Part shown: in pieces, positions 38,890 to 53,370 of the stretch
Layout: the number at the start of each line of letters is the position of its first letter
How positions within the stretch are numbered: position 1 is the first letter of the stretch
Assembly: GCF_009914755.1 (NCBI RefSeq)
Contig: NC_060931.1
DNA length: 64,000 nucleotides
Strand: one strand, 5' to 3'
Origin: the human T2T-CHM13v2.0 reference genome, Homo sapiens
The notes under the pieces: model-generated
Databases searched by the model: none
Seen by the model: the letters and a program-made list of their open reading frames with translations, nothing else
Told to the model about the DNA's origin: nothing
Program-made: the position numbers and the translations under genes

Positions 38890-39197
38890 TCCCAGGCACA
38901 GTCTCACCAGCCTCCTCACCTTCCCTGCCTGCTCTTTCATAAAACTACAGGCCTCTACATGGGCAAAGTATTTCTCCTCATGAAACTGGAAATCATTGCT
39001 CTTTGTTTTTGAGTCCCCTTAAGCATGATTTCCAAGGTGAAAACTTTGCTCATCTCCAGGTGATTAGCAATTAGTTACACAAACCTTTTTCACAGCCCCT
39101 TCTCTTCCTGTAAGCTCCTGAAAGGACTGTCCATTGCCTTACTCATTTTTGTAACTTCAGTGCTTAGCACAGTCAACTAATGAGGGTTCAATAAATA

Positions 39198-40376
<1,179 letters not shown>

Positions 40377-40384
40377 TTGAATGA

Positions 40385-40686
<302 letters not shown>

Positions 40687-40822
40687 ATTGTTGAATGAGT
40701 TCTAAGCTCACTTAGCTGTTATTTACTTTTTAAACACTAGAAGCCTGAAAAGGAATCTCTTAAAGTAAAACTTTAAAACACATTCTTTCTACCACATGGC
40801 CAGGTTGCAAATAAGAAGCACC

Positions 40823-41025
40823 AAAAAAAAAAAAAAAAAAAAAAAAAAAAGAAAGAAAAAAAACACATTCTGCTAAAACTTGGAATTTAATGAATTTTAC
40901 TCACTACAGTTATACTCATTTTACATTAAAGTAAAAAAGAAAATAGCCAGGAGAGTAATTCATCTCCAGAAAGCAGTTTAAAGTTATTGTTTTTATTATT
41001 TTTATTTGCTACCAATATTTTTATT
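40823..41025 (-). terminator. CDK6: CDK6 distal polyadenylation region
   Basis: AATAAA at 41025-41020, 41006-41001 and 40997-40992; ATTAAA at 40891-40886, followed by a GU/U-rich tract (GAATGTGTTTTTTTTCTTTCT...). Confidence 0.8.
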
Positions 41026-44000
41026 GTAAGAAATACAAAAGGTATTACAAATATACAAACTATTTGCTCTTTTTGCCTCATTCAATTTAGCTTTCACATA
41101 AGTGAACACATTGGACAGTGATATTTCAACACCAATTTTGAAAAAAACAATGAACTTCATCATCTGACAATAAATACCTACATTTTCATTCTAGCACCCA
41201 GTAAGACATCCAGTTTCCAAAGGATTATTGGTATGCAACCCTCTGAATTTTCTGACATGTTACCTTTGCCACTGCAACAGAAACACCACTGCAGTTCTCC
41301 CTTTCCCAATAAGTCAGAGTAAGGGGCAGGTAAGAATGGCTATCTGACTTCAGAAACCCTGGGTCACAAAGCATCCCTTACTTGAGCTACTTTTAAAACC
41401 AGATTTTTAATGATAGGGTACTTAAAGTTTTGGTGGTCCTTGAATGACATATTTTACGTTACATATTTACCCTACTTTTCTATTCTCCTCCTCAGATAGG
41501 AAGGGTATAGATAAACTGGCTATATTTTCATCTGCCTCTTGGGAAAGGAGCAAGAGCATTCAGCTCAGAGCATTCTGAAGACAGTAGCCTTAGAGATAAG
41601 CTTTCTTTCTTTCTTCTTCTTTTGCTTCAAGAGGGCTTTCTGTGTGTAATGGAGGGATGGTTGCTAGAGTGAGACAGCCCTTCCCCTCTTGCTATGTCTA
41701 TACCATACCTGAGGCCATTTTTCTTAGAGGGCAAAAACGTTAGAATAGGTAGGAAGGTTCTTGCTTTCAGAGAGCTGTGCTGCACCCACAGGGTGGACCC
41801 GACAGGCCACTGTGGTAACTCTCAATCTGTGTACAGAGAAAAGAGAAGCAACATCTGATACAAAGTCACCTGCCAACATTCTTATAAGACTGTGTCCCAG
41901 GCAGTGAATTTCCACACTGCTTCTTGGGTCTGCAGAACTCAAAGCACCAAAACAGAGCATTCTGTAGCAATATAAGCAAACGGAATAAGAATAATTATGC
42001 ACCTTTAAGGAACATGCACCCTTATAAGTCTGTACCCTGATATGAAAATAGCAGAATGAATTTCAAGTATGAAGAAATACAGTAAAAGTGTGGCCTGTAG
42101 ATGGAGAGAAAACAGCAGCCTGGAATGTGGTTTATATTCTTGATTAGTTTTTCTCTTGGTACCACAGCCAAAACTGAATGCTCTGTACAATGACTTGGTT
42201 TAAAAATCAAGATGCATACAAAGATGCTAGAGGCATTTCTAATGGGTGCCATGAGCACAGTCTGTGCCCAGCATCAGGAACCATCTCTAGATGAATGTGG
42301 CTAGGTCAAGTTGGGAGTGGTGGCCAGGCCTAGACAGGCACACCTGTGGTCCATGATGTGGAGGAAGATGGAGAGCACCATGTGGACAAGCCAGGATGGT
42401 AGCAGGGAACACTTTAGTGGTAGAAAGGAAGAGATACAGGGGACAGAGATGTAGAGGTGTGGGGATGTTGGTCATCTTGGGCTGGTTCACACAGCCTAGA
42501 TGAGTATCTGATATACACAATTTCTACATTTCTAGAACCATGATTTCAAACACAGAAACTAACAAGTCAAATTTCCAAATTAGATTTTTTTTTTTTTACT
42601 TTCAAAACATTTTCTATTATAAGTCAGAAGGAAAAAAGCTTACTGTATGTGACAGTCTTCCTGAAACCTAAGAGAAAGTTTTAACCAGGCCCTATGGCAA
42701 TGCAGAAACACTAATACATTTTACAGTGAAAACCTACTTTAACACATCTCAAAATGATAATCGTATAAAACTTTCTAGTTCTAATTTGCACTCTACGCGA
42801 ACCAATATTTTTCTTTTCTTAACACATACTGCTCTTCTATACCAAACACTTGCCCTTTAACCTTCAGATAAAAACCTCAAATACCAAAAAATGCAACAAG
42901 CTTTTGAGGTGTTGGGAATTGTTGGTTGTTAAAATCCCTTTTATTTTATAATAAATTATACAGGCAATCCTTGCTTTTTATTACCACACTGGATTGCTTC
43001 TGTACACAGCTAAGTTGCCTGAAGCATGGAAACTTGGACTTCTCCATCTGACACGTTCTGGAAGCCTCAAGGCACAAGCTGACAGTTCTGCTTCTACAGA
43101 AAAACTCTCACACTGCTCTCCTCTCAACAGTACTGCCTGTTCCCACTACTCCACATGACACCTACGAGGGCACTACATCACGTGAGGGAAGCTTCTTCAT
43201 GAGGGCAGACAAGAGGAGGCACCACCCAGGCACTGGTCTCTGCCTGGCATCTATTCCGAGGGCCACCTGGCACAGTTTCTAAATTAAGGCATATCTAAAA
43301 TGCTTTTCTACCTTTAGTTTTTATTTTTGCTATATTTTTGCACTCTACTATATGCATATTTAATAAAAACAACTACAAAGTCCTTTACTTTAATTCCTTT
43401 ACATAATGATAAAACACCTAGATACCCAAAATACTACATCTATATATTCAAATCTACTAATCATGTTACAAATGCATGCAGCTTATTTGGGGGCTTAGTC
43501 TAATTTTTATTTTCTTAGGTCCATCAATACCATGATAATGAACATTAGATGCAAAATCCTAACACTTTCTGCCTTCAGTTGTACTTTCACAGGACTAGTG
43601 TGATTCAGAAATAAATAACATACATGAATAATAATAGAAATAATTTATGCAAATGTAGAACAACTTGAAAAAAAATCCCCCGCCTGTCAGGTGCTGTTCC
43701 TGGGGGTAGCTGATGCTATAAATTCCATGTACTAACTAATATATTTACTACAGGTAATAGGAAAACAAATGAATAAAAAGTGAGGAACTATGATATACAT
43801 GTGTATATTTTTGCAAACACAGGATCAGAATGAAAAGATATATCATGCACTGTGAGGTTTAAGAAATGTATTACTGCTGGGATTTGTTTTATTATTCAGA
43901 CTTTAAGATCAAACTGAGAGTTGTTGGTGATCACAGAAATATTGCTAGCTGATACATATTATTGCATTTCATAAAACTTAAGATTAGAAACTTTCAAGTA

Positions 44001-44529
44001 AGGGTACAACGGGTATCTTCAGAACTTTAACCTAAGCACATCAACGGAATTTTTCTAGGGACCACAGAGAGTTAGAAATTAAATAATTGTGTGGCTCTAT
44101 GTGTGCTGATTAGTGCTACAGTCATAGTTCTTGGCAGTCAATATGTAGTTATATGCCCCCTTTGAGAAAAACCTACATTTGACAATCCAAACTCCTAAAA
44201 TTGAGAAAGGGTTATTTGTGTGACCAAACAACTCACACGGAAGATTCCTCTCAACATGAAAATCCCCTGCTACATGAGATAATTTGTTTACATACCTTTA
44301 ATTACCTAACAAAGAAAAAGAGAGAAAAGAAACTGGAAGCTAAAGAATTGAGAGCTTTTGCCAACTGAAGACGAAGCAGAAAATAAACTTTTCAAAACAA
44401 AACTTTTCCAGGCATATCTTTCACCATCACATATATAGAATGATGGAAAATAAAAAAATAAAAAAAAATTCCTGCAATTATACATCTTTTCTTTAAAAAA
44501 ACAAAAACAAAAACAAAAACTGAGCTTAG

Positions 44530-45010
44530 CGCCTGAGAGATGCGGGGTAGACAGCTTCACACAGGGCAGCTGCTACCGCATCTCTTTTTACCCGAACTTT
44601 CGGAGAATTGTGTTGTACTTATTTATGCACAGAAGACACCCGTTTGCTACTAGGGACATTTTTCTTCCTAAGATTTGCAGAACAGATGCCTCTGAGACAG
44701 CAGCAGGGCACTCTGACCTCGGAAAGCAGCCCGCGGGGCCGCACATAATTTCAGGCACCGGCAGGTGAGTGGGAGGCGGGGCCCCAGCCCGGCCTCGCCC
44801 ACTGCCTCTCTCCTGCCAAAGGGGCGGGGCAACGAGGCAGCGCGCCCGGAAGGCTTTCAAGTGGGAATCAAGTTTTGAGCACGAGCAAATGGGGTTCAGA
44901 CTGGCCACTGTTATAACAAACCCTGGGGTGGAATTCGGCCTTTCGCATAGGGGCTTTAACTGGACTCTAGTTCCTGGGAGCAGAGGGGCGAATGAGGCGG
45001 GGGATTTCTC
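44530..45010. promoter_or_regulatory. CpG-rich island inside the CDK6 3'UTR
   Basis: 24 CpGs counted in 44521-45000; GC box 44821-44830; ETS CCGGAAG 44846-44852. Confidence 0.7.
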
Positions 45011-48000
45011 AGCCAGTTTCTGACTGCCCCTAGTGTATGTGGCATTTTGGTTCAGTATGAATTACTGAGACTCATCTGCTTGCCACTCAGGAGGAAAGTT
45101 GGGCAGGCACCGTCGAGTGTCTGCCACTCAAAAGGAATAAGCTGCTTTCTGTGGTGCTGTGCTAAGGAAACTGAAAAATACTGCAATATCCTTCCCTACT
45201 AAATTTCAAGTGACACTGCTGTGAGAAAGGTGACCTCTAAAATTAACTTAATCATTTGGGGTATAAGAAGTCTTTAAGTAGACTTGTAAATTTAAAAAAA
45301 GTATATAAAGTTGCCAAAAAACTTCAAAAGTTAAGTATGTAGACACACTCCTAAGTTGTTATGCTCATATACTTCAGACTTTTTTTTTTTAATTAGAGCT
45401 TCTTATGAATTTACATTTGTGATTCCACAAATGTTAAAATTACCTGGTCTTTTGGTATTTTAGGGCTCTGTTTCAATACAGCAATTTTTCAGACAAAAGT
45501 TTTGTCTACTGAATTACTGATGTGCTACTCATTTTGCTCACCTGATCTTTAAATTAGGATTTTAAAATTTAATCAATGTTGAAAGGCCACCATGCTAGGG
45601 AATTTGAAAGCAGCAGAGAGGGTATGTGTGTTTTAACTGGGGCCACTAAAGGAGTTTTATACTTCTAACGAAACTATCCTGTTCACAGATGAGGACTGCC
45701 TTTTTAGTAACTAAGCCTGTTTTAATCTAGAAAAGTAAGGTAACTGGGTACTTCAAAAATTTTTTCTTGACTGAATGAATGACTAGGCTTTCTTTACTTA
45801 AATGATCAAAATGGGTGTATTATCCATCCTTAAGAACAATTTATTTGCAGACAATTGTTCAGAACCTAGGTAACAAGTAAAATATTGAAGTTACAGAACA
45901 TTATAGAGACTATTAATCATCCCAAAAAACAAGTGCTAGGAAAGAGTTAAATATGCGCAGAAAAATAAAGTTAGAATGAAATCTCTTTTAGAAGTACCTC
46001 TTTAGTCTTCATCAGATTTGTTTTTCTCTAAAAGTGCCACCTTGTGGAATATACCGGAATAAAACAAGAAAGCTCATCTCTTAGGACAGTGTGAATGTTT
46101 AGAAAGACTTTTGCAAGAAAAGTCACCTTCCTTTCCTACCACATCAACTTCAAATTGCTGTAACAGTATTTCAGCAGATGCTCGAAAAGAGCCTGTATTT
46201 ATTTTCAGGTGGCTCTTGTTTTCTTCCTAAGGCTAGACAAGGTAACAATATGTTGAAGGAAGTCCACTTCTACTCATTTAGCTAAACGTTATCACTTCCT
46301 GGAAATGCTGAGAAATAGAAAACATTTTGAAAAGCTGATTGGCACTTCATTAAGAAAATAAAAATCCCCAGAAAGGCTACTTGAGAAAAAAACGTGTAAA
46401 AATTGGACCCCTTCTGTTTTTACATTTCTGTTGCTTACAAAGGTCAGAAGATAGAGAGACCAAAGGATTATTTTTGGTTTATTTTCTGAAAAAGTACAAG
46501 ATAGAAATGCTTGAGATATAGGGATGTATTAAAATTGGGTTGTGAATTGCATTGATATAGAAAGGGAGTAAATAAGAAATGAAAATGCTAGTTTCTCATG
46601 CTTTTGAGGAAAACAGCATTTCTAATTACTCTAAGGACTTACATTTCTTGGCACACTTTGGTAGCCTCAATAAGTTTTTCCACTGTGGAGATGGAACATG
46701 TAAATATCTTCCTAATTATATACCCAAATATACTTAATGGACATGATAAATGGTTTTGGGTAAGGTTCACAATTTTTCAAAAGTATTGGTGGCATAGGAA
46801 ACACATGCCTTTTAAAAATTTATTTTTTCAATGAACGTTCTTAGGCATGTGTAAGAAGTATTGCTTCATGTGGTTGCCTCTTCCCTTGAAATGGGAAAAA
46901 AGTACAGGTAATTTAGTTTGCTTGGGACAGCTTCTCCATAACATTTGTTTTCGACCATATTAATCCCACAGTTACCAGATGACCTTAGTATAAATTTTTA
47001 CAATATATTTGTTCATAAAGAATATATCCTTCAAAATATATATAGCTTTGAAACTACCCTTTAAATACCTTCATTTTCTCCAGAATTTCCTTTATCTATT
47101 GCCCACTGTTTTATGAATAATTTTTAAAGCCTTAGAAATCATACATCTTTATCTGTCACAATGTGAAACATGCATTCTTTTGAATTATATAAATATCTAA
47201 GAGTTTATAATAACATTCCAATATTTTCTTTCCAGGGTAAATATTCTGTAGTTTCTATACTAACATAATTAAGTAATTATGGTGGCATATTCACTTTTAA
47301 CATTATTTTTTCCTAGACTCAACTATGCAATTAAAGCCTGCTTTTGGAAAATGTAAGACACTCTCATGTGCTTATCATAAGAATAGTCAAATTGTCACTT
47401 AAAAGAAAAGCAATATTTTAGAAGAATTTTAATATGTTTATGATATTAGGAAGCTTACATAATTTAATTTCCACAATGGAACAATAATGGCCATTACTGA
47501 CTTTAATAGGCACCACTTGTAAAAGAAGCAGCTACAGTTTCTTAAACACTCACTTTAAATACATAATTTAAAGTTCAAAATGTTTGGTACTATTTAAGAG
47601 TTTTCTCATCAAGATGGATAGTACATTCTGGAGAGTCAAACTATACATTTCTCTATAGAAAAGAAACATGCTTTATTTAAGATAGGAACATCTCATGCCT
47701 TCTAAAGCTTTCATTTTTATTTAACACAATGCTGAGATTCTATTCTTAGGTGAATAATTTTCAACTATTTTTAGTAAGTCACCTGGGGCTAAATGAAAAG
47801 TCTGCCATTCACAGTGTGTGCTTCCTGAGAGAAAATCATGAGAATACAGGGGGCTGAAATGGCCCCAAGCTTTCTTCCAAAACAGGTTCTTTGCACCTTG
47901 AGTTCCCATCCACTTCAAAGGAGGGACAAAGTGGGAGGCTCCAACCCACTGGGTTCTTACAAGTGCTTAGAAATTGTATTTTTAAGATTAGGTCCTTTTT

Positions 48001-50639
48001 ATTACCCTTTGCCATGGGATTTCTTATGAAAGCTAAATGGACAAGTTTCTCTTTTTCTCTTTTTATATGTAGGTTGTTTTGACTCCACCCTGTGCAACAG
48101 TTCCCAAAATGCCTGAGCCGCCAGAACCAAACATCAAACAGAAACTAGCAGGGACATTCTTGTACTGGTCCTACTATGAAATTCAAACATGATTTCAAAT
48201 CTGTCACAATATTTTAACTTGCTATGAGCTGCTTCAGTGTAACCTTGGGGCAATATGCCCTTTTCACTTCACCACTGCTTAGCTTTTGGCAAAGATGTTT
48301 GAAACCATATGTTACAGAAGAATAAGCTGTAGTCACTAAGTTCTTACTCTACTATCTGCTTCAAAATGCCCTAACGGCAAGACTGCTTGTGTTGGATCTG
48401 GATTTCAGAAATGGCGAATCTGGACATAAAATACATAAATCAAGAGAGTATTCACTCAAATGCAACAACTACACCGATGGAAGAACTGGGGACAGATTTT
48501 TACAAAGTTCAGAGAGGCTGAGATGCCCTTTCATTCTGTGTCATCAGAAGATAATCTGCCAACGATTGAATGCCAGAATGTTTGTGCTTTAATTTTTCTT
48601 CATAAGCACTGCCTAGAAATGAGTCAAAAGCAGATGCTAGGAATAAAAGTTGAGCTCTCTACTCATTTAAAATTCTAAAGAATGCTGAAAAATTCCAGTT
48701 CAGAACAGCTGCATTTTTCTTGAGTGAACTTATGAAAACACTTTTACAACAGCAAAAACTAAAGCTATGTTCACTCTAGCCATGAATACTAACCAAAAAG
48801 CTCAGATGAATCAGTGCAGTGAGTTTTTAAATTCAATTTGTAGGCCCTAGCAAAAATGTCTTTGTATTTTGACCCTCGATCAAAGGAAAGGCAGAACTCA
48901 CTTTTCCATGTGAGACTTTGAGTAGACCTGACCTTGAATGCTGTGGATTCATTATATCTCAAGCATTTATAGTACTGACAACACCTAATCAATGTTGTCA
49001 CAACGAAAGTAGAAAACATTTGTATGGCCCATCTCCTTTATTATCTTGCTCTAGAAAACAATGTTCCTGTTCCTCAAGCTACTGAATTAGAACAATGTTA
49101 AGTAGTACAGCAATTAAAAAAGAATAGTTCCCAACCCCAAAAGCTCTTCAGGAGAAACATCTCCTAGTTTTTTCTCTTGTTCAAGATAGTCATATATCAC
49201 ATTAAGCTGCAAAGAATTCAGTACAACTTAATAATGCATAAACATGATCTGAATTATTTTCTGAGTGCAGCAACCTCCATTCTTTGAAAATCCTAACCCT
49301 AAACATAATCTAACTGTTGCATGATCTAACTGTTGCATGCACTCTGAGTCAGAAAGCACAGGTGGCTAAACTTTCCAAAAGATACTTTCTGTGTCCTCTG
49401 GTTACTAGAGCCAACTGAGCACTAAACCACTTATAAGGCAGAGATGGTATGAAATATAAAGGACTGTAGAGAAAACAGTAAGAGAAAAAGGAAAAGCTGT
49501 TTACAATGCCCAGGCCAGGCTGGCTCTGTAGAGAGCAGGAGTGAGCACAAGGCACTAGAAATAAGCACAGCCTGGGGGATGGAGAAAAGATCATTTGATA
49601 GAGTAAATGTATGGCCCTAAAACATAGCTAAAGACATACCCTCAGGTAAAGACACTGAAAATATCTTCTATAAAAATGTAATTCACAAAGTAACAGTTTA
49701 TAGCAATCTGTGTGCTGGTGATAAAACAAAACAAGATCCTACTCATTATTTAGGTAACAAAAGTAAACACCAGGTAGAAGGACTGCATTAGAGAACATAT
49801 GTGACCCTGTTAGGTTTGCAGAATCGAGGCCATAAACCATAAGCTGAGACTGCGAATTTATGAAAGGTTCATTGAAAGCAAGCAAACAGGTGGTGCATGG
49901 GAACAGCTTAAGCAATCTGTTATTAGTTATACAATGGTAGCAATATATTTCAGAAGTGCCGGGAGATAGACAAGATGGATACTTTGCCAACAAGGCAGTG
50001 TGTGGCAGAAAGTACAGTGTAATAGATGAGGAAAATTTCAAGGCCACTCCTGTCTCTAGTTAGAGAGAACTACTCTCCAAACCAAAACAGGAAAGAGTTT
50101 CTGACAAATTCCTAAAAACAAAAACAAAATAACAACAACAAACAACAATAACAACAACAAAAAAAGGGAAGAAAGGAATTTCAAACCAGGAAATAAAGGC
50201 TTTCTATTCTTTTTTTTAAAATCTATCTGAGGTACACTCCCTAAACCTATAGCAAGTAATAAAAAGCTTACAGGCTATTTTCCAAAAGAAATGATAAAGC
50301 ATGATGTCATACAGAAGGTTAAAATAGACTTACAACAAGTAAATTCAGCATTCTGAAGACTAAATAGAATGCATGCACATCTCTTAAAATATACTAGAAT
50401 TTTTTCTCCTTTTTGCTGTGTGTATAAAACTTCATCTTTTACTGCTAGCAAATTTACTGCTTTTGGCCAGAAAAGAAATGCTGAGGACATGGGGTTAACT
50501 TTCTAATTTGAGAAGACTATTTTGGTGAATCACCTTCAGTGAACAAATGCCTGTTATTTACTGACCACCTTGAGTCTTTAAAATTGAATTATTCTTGTCG
50601 TTTACAAAAAGTAACACTTTAAAAGATCACAGAATCTCT

Positions 50640-50644
<5 letters not shown>

Positions 50645-50679
<35 letters not shown>

Positions 50680-50690
50680 CACACACACAC
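50645..50690 (-). repeat. (UG)n tract in the CDK6 3'UTR
   Basis: (CA)n on the plus strand. Confidence 0.95.
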
Positions 50691-51087
50691 TCAAAAGTAC
50701 CAAATCAGGCCCGGCAGCTGCAGAGAGATTACATCATAACTCAGCTGTGCCTGGATTACCCACTCCACACTGGCAGCATTCAAGGTTAGAAAAATCAAAT
50801 GGCAGCACAATTGGTCAGCAGCTTCTCTTCTTCTGGAATTTTTCCAGGTTCTTGAAACAAACAGACAAACAAACAAACAAATGAACATAAAGCTGCAATC
50901 ACTCTTGCATTGATTTCAAAACAGTAAACTAGGCGGTTTCCTTGGAGAAGCAGAGCCTGTCCAGAAGACAGCAGCTGGAAGGCCTCCAGATAGCAATCCT
51001 CCACAGCTCTGTAGGGCTTGCTGAGGGGGACCCATAAGCCACCAAGGGTGTTCTCCGCAGGATCAGCTTAAGGCGGCTGCTGAGGCC

Positions 51088-51234
51088 TCAGGCTGTATTC
51101 AGCTCCGAGGTGTTCTGGCTGGGCGGCAGGTGGGAATCCAGGTTTTCTTTGCACCTTTCCAGGTCCTGGAAGTATGGGTGAGACAGGGCACTGTAGGCAG
51201 ATATTCTTTTGGCTGGGTTAAATGTCAAACACTT
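51088..51234 (-). CDS. CDK6: CDK6 last coding exon (KCLTFNPAKRISAYSALSHPYF...NTSELNTA*)
   Basis: TTACAG| acceptor; kinase subdomain XI (KRISA, HPYF); TGA at 51090-51088; matches the known CDK6 C-terminus. Confidence 0.98.
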   Translation of the reverse strand, partial: KCLTFNPAKRISAYSALSHPYFQDLERCKENLDSHLPPSQNTSELNTA

Positions 51235-53024
51235 CTGTAATAAAGAAAAAAATAATTGGTTGATATACAATACATCAATGTAAATAATGTACTTACAGAG
51301 TTATCCCTTTATTCACTGTCATATGTTAAGCGCATCTACAGTGGGAATGAGTATTTATTTAAAGGGACACTAAATAATATGGAGACAGTACTCATATATA
51401 TCCCTAATGTATAAAATGTCCCTCAGGAGAAGACCCTTTTGGGTGCCTATGGACTGTTTCCTGCCCAGGATTTCTCACTAAGCCATTAAAGTATGCATAT
51501 AACTTTATTTAGTAATTCTTCCAGTGCTAGCAAACTTAGTGCTACAGTCGGAGACTTCACCGTAACTTATTATCCTGCCTCAAGGCTACACCACTCAGAG
51601 GCAGGGCTATCTTCCTTTTAATTAATACCAAGGTGCCACATGGCTAGCAGTAGCTCTCTCAGGGGACCATTAGATTCAGTTCGAGTCACTAAACTCTATT
51701 CCAGGCTGACAGCTCAAGTGTAGGGCTACCAAGGTGAATGAGCTGGTGCCTGCGCTTAAGAAGCTCCTGGTCCTAGTCAAGTGGTTTGGGCAGTTTGGCT
51801 GAGCTACTGAGGTAGAAGGTGAAAGGAGGGAAAGGGAAACCTTTGCAGTAGCAGCAATCTCTATTCCCAAACTGTCCATACCTAAATTAGTTAGAATGTG
51901 TCCCTAATTTCAGTCTCATTTCCACCCCTACCTCAGGTAATCTTGTTACTCAAATCCTCCTCCTCTCCTTCCATCAACGCCTCCTGCTGGGTGCCTAGCA
52001 GGTGGCAAGCACTAATTAGTGATGAGTAAGACCTCCTCATTGCCACAGGAGCTCACAAGTAGCAGGGAAGCCACACTGGCTTCTCCATCCTAAAGTGAAC
52101 TGGGTATATGAAATGTCTATGCATTCCAGTCTTCTATGTAATTTACAGACTTCACATTATCATGGTTAATGGAAGACCTCTTCCACTTAAGAGGTCTGCA
52201 TAACCATGATATTAATAGGACTCCTGCTCACAGTCCTAGTCAGGTTCCAACTGGATTAGGGACCTCTCTAATATTCTATCGAAGGCTACTGACCTAGAAA
52301 AACAAATACAAACAGAAAGTTCTATGTGTAATTTCAGGCAAATTCTTGGGTCCTCTGAAATCTGATTTATCCTGAGATCCCCATCAGTCCATGGTTGCTA
52401 GCCTCCCTATAGGATCTTCTGAACATCAAGAGCTAAAGGGCAAGTGGAAGAAAGAGCTTGTCTGTAGAAAGGTTCCAACTGTCTCTAACAGCAAGAAACA
52501 TCTCTAGAAAAGCTTTGCAAGGGCTGAATTCCCAAAGGACCGGAAAGCAGGGGCAAAATTCCTGAGCCTGAGTTCTCTTTTCCCAGAGCCCAAGAAGGAG
52601 AAAATTAGGTAGTGGCATTTAATCTCCAGGACATAGGAAAGAAGAGAAAAGAGCTGTGGGAATACATTCACAATACAGAGACATGTCTCTAGAGGATTAT
52701 GTGAGAGGAAGCCCTTTCCTCACAGCTACACTGATGGCTTAAAGCTGGGAAGAGGGTGGAGAGAAGGAGAACACCTTAGCCAAATGTGGGGGTGTGGGAG
52801 AATCTCACGTTGGAAGTCTTAATACATTTTGTCCTATAGAAATATGGTTAAAAAAAAGGTGTTTAAGTTCTATTATTGCTCTACTTCAGGAACAAGGTTG
52901 CCAGGTTGAGGGTTAATTAAAAAACTTTGTGTTAATAATATTGTTTCTGCAAGAAAATTTAGTTTAATTGCCAAATAGTTTACTTATAAAATGAGCTTTT
53001 GGAATCACAACTTAGTCAAGAGTT

Positions 53025-53370
53025 GGATACTATGGTAGATTGGATAACTTTTAGTACATATTCCCTCTTTTCTCTCCCCTCTCACCATAGGGGGAGCATT
53101 CTTTCCTCCATTCAAGTTGGCCTTAGGCATGGAACTTGCTTTGGCCAATGGAACATGGGCAGAGTGGCGGGTACTTCTTCCAAGTATGGACCTTCAGGGG
53201 CATTGCATATTTCTGCTTGCCCTTCTGGAGCATCGATACCTTCTATCATGAGAAAAACATGCCCCAGGGAGCTGCTGCCTCTCTGGCATGGGCCCCAGCA
53301 TGAGACACATGGAGAAGACCTGTGCTTCACCCACGGGCAGAAGCAGATATCAAAGGCTGTTAATTCAGGA
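53025..53370. mobile_element. MLT1-type MaLR LTR fragment
   Basis: gcatggaacttgctttggccaatggaa...catgagaaaaacatgcccc. Confidence 0.65.

Larger units (their letters stand above)
40870..51087 (-). other. CDK6: CDK6 long 3'UTR (~10.2 kb)
   Basis: Repeat-poor stretch from the stop codon to a poly(A) signal cluster; many miRNA seed matches; CDK6 is known to have a ~10 kb UTR. Confidence 0.88.

Noticed and set aside
44588-45023. ORFs of 106 and 84 aa within the UTR CpG island
   Set aside because: Non-ATG starts and GC-driven; no homology recognised
45024-45037. CTCF-like CACTAGGGGCAG
   Set aside because: One G short of the core motif spacing
51080-51091. Palindrome CTGAGGCCTCAG over the CDK6 stop codon, suggesting read-through
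   Set aside because: Context is TGA-G, not the TGA-CTAG read-through motif; a short palindrome is compatible with chance
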